A stretch of 15,089 nucleotides of DNA from Candidatus Rokuibacteriota bacterium (lineage in GTDB: Bacteria; Methylomirabilota; Methylomirabilia; Rokubacteriales; DASRDR01): positions 1-15,089 of the forward strand of contig JBIOTN010000198.1 in the NCBI GenBank assembly GCA_044866005.1. The letters run 5' to 3'. A program made the position numbers and the translations under genes. Positions 7,149 through 15,089 of the stretch are shown piece by piece. The notes under the pieces were generated by a model. It saw only the letters and a program-made list of their open reading frames with translations, was not told the origin of the DNA and searched no databases. The stretch's first letter is position 1. Each line of letters opens with the position of its first letter.

Positions 7149-7969
7149 CGCGCCGTCCCCAGCGCCGCCCGGACCGCCTGCACCTCGTCGAGCAGCCGGG
7201 GCAGCTCGGCGAGCGGCAGCATCGTCGGGCCGTCGGACGGCGCCCGGTCGGGGTCCTCGTGGACTTCCATGAAGAGCGCGTCCACGCCGAACGCCACCGC
7301 GGCCCGCGCGAGCGCCGTCACGTACCCGCGCTCGCCCCCGGAGCGGGCCCCCTCGCCGCCCGGGAGCTGGACCGAGTGGGTGGCGTCGAAGATGACGGGC
7401 ACCCCGAGGCCGCGCATGATGGCGAGGGCCCGGAAGTCCACGACCAGGTTGTTGTAGCCGAACGTCGCGCCGCGCTCCGTCAGGGTCACCCGCTCGCAGC
7501 CGCTCGCCCGGAGCTTCTCCACGACGTTGGCCATGTCCCACGGCGCCATGAACTGCCCTTTCTTGACGTTCACGGGCCGCCCGCTCCGAGCGCAGGCCAC
7601 GACCAGGTCCGTCTGGCGGCACAGGAACGCCGGGACCTGGAGACAGTCGAGGACCTCGGCCGCGGCGGGGACCTCGCCGGGCAGGTGCACGTCCGAGAGG
7701 ATCGGGCAACCGAGGCCCTCGCGCACGCGACCCAGGATCCGGAGCCCCTCGCGGAGCCCCGGCCCGCGGTAGGAGGCGAGGGCCGAGCGGTTGGCCTTGT
7801 CGTAGGAAGACTTGTAGACGAAGGGGACCTTCGCCTCGGTGGTGATGCGCAGGAGCCTCTCCGCGGTCCGCAGCGCGTGCGCCTCGCTCTCGATCGCGCA
7901 GGGGCCCGCCACGAGCGCGAGCGGCGCGCCGTCGCCGAGCCGGACGGGCCCGATGGCCACCGGCGTCAC
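7145..7969 (-). CDS. kdsA: KDO 8-phosphate synthase KdsA
   Basis: AGPCAIES, YKSSYDKANRS, QVPAFLCRQTDL, NVKKGQF, ERGATFGYNNLVVD, FDATHSVQLPG, FMEVH, SDG. GTG start at 7969 is inferred from a GGAGG-like RBS. Confidence 0.96.
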   Translation of the reverse strand: MTPVAIGPVRLGDGAPLALVAGPCAIESEAHALRTAERLLRITTEAKVPFVYKSSYDKANRSALASYRGPGLREGLRILGRVREGLGCPILSDVHLPGEVPAAAEVLDCLQVPAFLCRQTDLVVACARSGRPVNVKKGQFMAPWDMANVVEKLRASGCERVTLTERGATFGYNNLVVDFRALAIMRGLGVPVIFDATHSVQLPGGEGARSGGERGYVTALARAAVAFGVDALFMEVHEDPDRAPSDGPTMLPLAELPRLLDEVQAVRAALGTAR

Positions 7970-8015
7970 GGGCCGGGCCCCGCTCCCCTCCCCGCCCCCT
8001 CCCCGCGCCCCCACG

Positions 8016-11411
<3,396 letters not shown>

Positions 11412-11422
11412 CTACCGCCTCG

Positions 11423-11637
11423 CGGCCGTCGCGGCCTATGGGCGTCCTCGGTCGTCGGCCCGCCTCGACCTCCGGCCTTGTCCTCGGGGGAGGCAGGCCC
11501 GATCCGTTCGCTGGAGGGCGAACGGCGCGGCTTTGCCGCGAGGGCCGTCGGAGGGGGGCGGAGCCCCCCTCCGAGAGAACGGATGCGGCATACGCCTCGG
11601 GGATCCTCCTCCCTCCGTCCTTGATCTGCTCGGGTCT
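11423..11637 (-). repeat. Structured intergenic repeat, full copy 2 (xerD-nucleotidyltransferase spacer), inverted relative to copy 1
   Basis: Reverse complement matches 5955-6166 (about 91% over the 196-bp core). Same 12-bp G/C hairpin at 11548-11574 and cgcggctttgccgcg hairpin at 11526-11540. Confidence 0.95.
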
Positions 11638-11653
11638 TGTCACGGCGCCCTTA

Positions 11654-12550
11654 CTACGCTCGCGGATGGAAGCGCCGGTACATCCGGCGCACCGCGTCCG
11701 TCGGCAAGTGGGTGTAGATCTCGGTCGTCCCGATGTCGGCGTGGCCGAGCAGCGCCTGCACCGAGCGGAGGTCCGCACCGCCCTCCAGGAGGTGGCTCGC
11801 GAAGGAGTGCCGCAGCGCGTGCGGGAACGCCCGCCGCACCCCGGCCCGCCGCGCGTACGCGCGCACCAGCAGCCAGAGCCCCTGCCGGGAGAGCGGCCGG
11901 CTGCGCTGGTTGACGAAGAGCCTCCCCGGGTCGCCGTTCCGGACGAGCGCCGGGCGCCCGCGCTCGAGATAGGCCTGGAGCGCGCGACGCGCCTTGACGC
12001 CGACCGGGACCAGACGCTGCCGCGAGCGCTTGCCGCGGCAGACCAGGAACTGGCCGTGCAGGTCCAGGTCCTCCGGGCGCAGGCCCACCAGCTCCGAGGC
12101 CCGGAGGCCCGAGCCGTAGAGGAGCTCGAGCAACGCGCGGTCGCGCAGCGCGGGCGGCGTGTCGCCGCCAGCCGCCTCGATCAGGGCCTGGGCATCCGCC
12201 CGCGAGAGCGCGCGCGGCAGGCGCCGCGGCAACCGGGGCGAGTCGAGCAGCGCCGCGGGGTCGTCCGCCCGGCGGCCCGAGGCCCGGGCGAACCGGTAGA
12301 GGCCGCGGATCGCGGCGATCTGCCGCGCCAGGGTCCGGGGGCCGAGCCCGCTGGCGTGCAGGGCGTCGAGGTGGGCGCGCAGGTCGCTCGGGCGAGCGGT
12401 CGGGAGCGTGCGGCGGCGGGCGACGAGGAACGCGGCGAGCCGGCGGAGGTCTCGCCGGTAGGCGGTCACGGTGAGGGGGGACGCTCCTCCCTCCACCCGG
12501 AGGCGCTGGAGAAACTCGTCCACGACATCCGTACCCTCATGGCGGGTCAT
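11654..12550 (-). CDS. xerD: Site-specific tyrosine recombinase XerD
   Basis: N-terminal SAM-like domain (TVTAYRRDL), RDRALLELLYGSGLRASEL (R), GK, LSRQGLW (XerD-like), PHALRHSFASHLLEGGADLRSVQALLGHADIGTTEIYTH (H-x-x-R, H, Y). 298 aa in a housekeeping context. Confidence 0.85.
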   Translation of the reverse strand: MTRHEGTDVVDEFLQRLRVEGGASPLTVTAYRRDLRRLAAFLVARRRTLPTARPSDLRAHLDALHASGLGPRTLARQIAAIRGLYRFARASGRRADDPAALLDSPRLPRRLPRALSRADAQALIEAAGGDTPPALRDRALLELLYGSGLRASELVGLRPEDLDLHGQFLVCRGKRSRQRLVPVGVKARRALQAYLERGRPALVRNGDPGRLFVNQRSRPLSRQGLWLLVRAYARRAGVRRAFPHALRHSFASHLLEGGADLRSVQALLGHADIGTTEIYTHLPTDAVRRMYRRFHPRA

Positions 12551-12996
12551 GCCCGCTCGCGCGAGTCGAGGAGGACCGTGACCGGCCCCTCGTTCGCGAG
12601 TCGGACGATCATGCGCGCGCCGAAGCGGCCCTCCACGACCGGCACCCCGCCCTCGCGCAGCTGGGCCGCCACTTCCCGGACGAGCGGCGCCGCGACGTCG
12701 GGCGGGGCGGCGGCCAGGAAGTCCGGACGCCGGCCGCGCGTCGTGTTGGCCAGCAGCGTGAACTGGGAGACCAGGAGGCAGGCGCCGTTCGTCTCGAGCA
12801 ACGAGTGGTTCAGCTTGCCCCCAGGGTCGTCGAAGATCCGGAGATGGAGGATCCGGTCGGCGAGGTAACGGCTGTCGGCGGGTCCGTCCCCGGCCGCCAC
12901 CCCGAGCAGGGTGACGACCCCCCGGTCGATCCTGCCGATCACCTGATCATCGGCCTCGACCGAGGCTTCGGTCACGCGCTGGAGCAGGGCCCGCAT
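12547..12996 (-). CDS. dtd: D-aminoacyl-tRNA deacylase DTD
   Basis: Start ATG 12996: MRALLQRVTEASV, LRIFDD..GKLN, VSQFTL, GRRPDF, GRFGA.M, NEGPVT (Gly-cisPro motif). 149 aa. Its stop overlaps the xerD ATG (ATGA). Confidence 0.96.
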   Translation of the reverse strand: MRALLQRVTEASVEADDQVIGRIDRGVVTLLGVAAGDGPADSRYLADRILHLRIFDDPGGKLNHSLLETNGACLLVSQFTLLANTTRGRRPDFLAAAPPDVAAPLVREVAAQLREGGVPVVEGRFGARMIVRLANEGPVTVLLDSRERA

Positions 12997-13013
12997 CCTT
13001 CCCTTACCCGGCC

Positions 13014-13043
13014 AGTATACCAATCGGGGCGCGCTCAGGGCAA
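13014..13043 (-). promoter_or_regulatory. Putative sigma70 internal promoter for dtd-xerD
   Basis: Minus strand TTGCCC (13043-13038), 18 bp, TGgTATACT (-10 at 13019-13014, extended -10). The -35 overlaps the last murJ codons. Confidence 0.55.
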
Positions 13044-14696
13044 GCGCGGCGAGCCCAGGCGCCGCGCGATCGCGGCGCGCGCGAACGCCACCTCCTCCGA
13101 GCCGAGGGCCGCGTGCACGCCTCCGTAGAGGAGGCCGCTCCCGACGATCACCGCGAGCAGCCAGCCCGCCTCGGCGATGCGGCCGACCGGGGGCGGCACG
13201 AGCCAGGTCGCTGCGGCCAGGGCGGCCGCGAGCACGGCGGACGCCGCGACGATGCGCGCCCAGCCCGCCCGCGCGCCGGGCGGCGGCGCGCCGCCCAGCC
13301 GCCGGCGCAGGAGCCAGGCGAGCGTGAGCGCGTTGGCGGTCGCGGCCGCGGACGTGGCCAGCGCCAGGCCGCCGTGCCGGAGCGGCCAGGCCAGGCTGAG
13401 GGCCAGGATGCTGTTCAGCACCATGGCCCCGATCGCCACCTTCACCGGCGTCCGCGTGTCCCCGAGCGCGTAGAACGCCTGCGCGCCGATCTTCACGCTG
13501 CCGAAGCCGACCAGGCCGAGCGCGTAGAAGCCGAGCGCCCACGCGGTCCCGGCCGTCTCCGCCGGCCCGAATTCGCCGCGCTGGTAGAGGACGCGGACGA
13601 TGGGCTCCCGCAGCACGAACAGCCCGATGGCGGCCGGCGCGGTGATGAACGCGGCGAGCCGCAAGGCGAACGAGAGCGTTCCCTGGAGCGCGTCCCGATT
13701 CCGCCGCGCCGCCTGCTCCGCGAGGGTCGGGAGCACCGCGGTGGCGATCGCGATGCCGAAGACGCCGAGAGGGAACTCGACGAGCCGGTCGGCGTAGTAG
13801 AGGTAGGACACGCTCCCGCCGGCCAGGAACGAGGCGATGATCGTGTCGACCAGGATGTTGAGCTGCGTCGCCGACTGGCCGACCGCCACCGGCGCCAGCA
13901 GGTGGACGATCCGCCTCACCGCGGGGTGGCGGGGATCGGCCCGCGGCGCCACGAGGAACCCGCGCCGCGCCAGGGCCGGCAGCTGGATGGCGAGCTGGCC
14001 CAGGCCCCCCACCAGGACGCCGGCGGCCAGGCCGAAGACCGGTTCGGCCAGCCGGGGAGCGATGCCGAAGATGGCGCCGATGATGGCGAGGTTGAGCATG
14101 ACCGGCGCGAGCGCCGGCGTCACGAAGTGCCGGGTCGCGTTGAGCATGCCCATCGCCAGCGCCGCGAGCCCCACCAAGAAGAGGTAGGGGAACATCACGC
14201 GCGTCAGGCGCACGGTGAGCGCGCCGCGCGCCGCGTCGGCGAAGAAGCCCGGCGCCATCGCGCGCACGAGCAGCGGGGCGCCGAGCACGCCGAGGAGCGT
14301 GAGGAGCGCGAGCACCGCGATCAGGCCCCCCGCCACCGCGCGGAACATCCGCAGGACCTCGTCCCGCGAGCGCAGCGTCAGGTACTCGGTGAAGACGGGT
14401 ATGAAGGCCGAAGAGAGGGCGCCCTCGCCCACCAGCCGCCGGAAGAGGTTGGGGAGCCGGAACGCGACGAAGAAGGCATCCGTGGCGGGGCCGGCTCCGA
14501 AGACCTGCGCCACGAGGAGGTCGCGGAGGAAGCCGAGGACGCGGCTCACCAGGGTCGCGCCGCTCACGACCGCGGCGGCCCGCACCACGCCGCGCTCCGA
14601 GCGGCCGATGCCGGCACGCGGCCGGACGGCCTCCACCCCCACCGGCGGTTGCGGCTCTAGGCTGTCGAGCTCGAAGCCGTCGTCGTACCTTGACAT
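13035..14696 (-). CDS. murJ: Lipid II flippase MurJ (MviN); start codon uncertain
   Basis: ATLVSRVLGFLRD, FGAGPATDAFFVAFRLPNLFRRLVGEGALSSAFIPVF, RVMFPYL, SYLYYADRLVEFPLGVFG, FYALGDTRTPV, GLALATS, with multiple TM helices. The true start may be a downstream GTG (about 14642-14588). Confidence 0.95.
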   Translation of the reverse strand: MSRYDDGFELDSLEPQPPVGVEAVRPRAGIGRSERGVVRAAAVVSGATLVSRVLGFLRDLLVAQVFGAGPATDAFFVAFRLPNLFRRLVGEGALSSAFIPVFTEYLTLRSRDEVLRMFRAVAGGLIAVLALLTLLGVLGAPLLVRAMAPGFFADAARGALTVRLTRVMFPYLFLVGLAALAMGMLNATRHFVTPALAPVMLNLAIIGAIFGIAPRLAEPVFGLAAGVLVGGLGQLAIQLPALARRGFLVAPRADPRHPAVRRIVHLLAPVAVGQSATQLNILVDTIIASFLAGGSVSYLYYADRLVEFPLGVFGIAIATAVLPTLAEQAARRNRDALQGTLSFALRLAAFITAPAAIGLFVLREPIVRVLYQRGEFGPAETAGTAWALGFYALGLVGFGSVKIGAQAFYALGDTRTPVKVAIGAMVLNSILALSLAWPLRHGGLALATSAAATANALTLAWLLRRRLGGAPPPGARAGWARIVAASAVLAAALAAATWLVPPPVGRIAEAGWLLAVIVGSGLLYGGVHAALGSEEVAFARAAIARRLGSPRLP

Positions 14697-14718
14697 GACG
14701 GGCGGCGCACGGTACAGT
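14690..14718 (+). promoter_or_regulatory. sigma70 promoter of rpsT
   Basis: TTGACA (14690-14695), 17 bp, TACAGT (14713-14718), about 80 bp upstream of the rpsT ATG. GAGGTG RBS at 14790-14795. Confidence 0.8.
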
Positions 14719-14800
14719 CCGGACTCGCGTCACGCCGCGAGCGGCGGCGTCCCGTCCAGCGGCCGCCCCGTGGCGCGCAGACGAAAGCCGAGGTGATCCG

Positions 14801-15070
14801 ATGGCGAACACCCCATCCGCGCTCAAGCGGATCCGTCAGAACGAGAAGCGTCGCGTCCGCAACGCGGCGGTCCGCTCCGCCGTCCGCACCGCCGTGAAAG
14901 GGGCCCGCACCACGCTGGGGGGCGGCTCCCTCGAGGAGGCGCGGAGCACCCTCGCTCAGACCATCCGGTTGCTCGACAAGGCCGTGACGAAGGGCATCGT
15001 CCACAAGAACACCGCGGCTCGCAAGAAGTCCCGCCTCACCCGCCAGCTGAACGCGCTCGCGGCCCGCTGA
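14801..15070 (+). CDS. rpsT: 30S ribosomal protein S20
   Basis: MANTPSALKRIRQNEKRRVRN...LDKAVTKGIVHKNTAARKKSRL. 89 aa, classical divergent arrangement with murJ. Confidence 0.98.
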   Translation: MANTPSALKRIRQNEKRRVRNAAVRSAVRTAVKGARTTLGGGSLEEARSTLAQTIRLLDKAVTKGIVHKNTAARKKSRLTRQLNALAAR

Positions 15071-15089
15071 CTCGCTTCGGGGGGGGGGG
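15071..15089 (+). repeat. Possible start of a further repeat copy (left arm of the G/C hairpin), truncated by the window end
   Basis: ctcgcttcggggggggggg directly after the rpsT stop resembles ctctctcggagggggg (6013-6028). Only 19 bp, so weak. Confidence 0.4.

Noticed and set aside
11654..12550. Tyrosine recombinase as a prophage or island integrase
   Set aside because: Size and motifs match housekeeping XerD, it is coupled to dtd, and there is no tRNA/att site or cargo nearby.
12547..14826. 759-aa ORF ending in DTD (similarly the 509-aa kdsD and 383-aa lptA extensions)
   Set aside because: The extensions overlap murJ, kdsA or lptC out of frame. Stop codons are rare at this GC content and the real starts are internal.

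Overview
Very GC-rich bacterial chromosomal housekeeping segment. The gene order and composition suggest a diderm lineage such as Rokubacteria/Methylomirabilota or a deltaproteobacterium-like organism, but that is inference only. A long minus-strand cluster runs murJ-dtd-xerD-(CBS-like + tRNA nucleotidyltransferase)-pyrG-kdsA-kdsD-kdsC-lptC-lptA-lptB-rpoN-hpf-rapZ, divergent from rpsT. All 15 genes are recognisable families, and I see no phage, transposase, CRISPR or defence genes. The unexplained signals are non-coding. (1) A structured intergenic repeat family has two full copies in inverted orientation (196 bp ungapped, 17 mismatches by hand count), a diverged partial copy at the window start with a compensatory base-pair change, and probably a fourth stub at the window end. 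It looks like one hairpin module nested inside another. (2) A sigma54 -24/-12 site lies inside a sigma70-type promoter upstream of lptC-lptA-lptB-rpoN, suggesting sigma54 autoregulation coupled to LPS export. I cannot support a new multi-gene system from this window.
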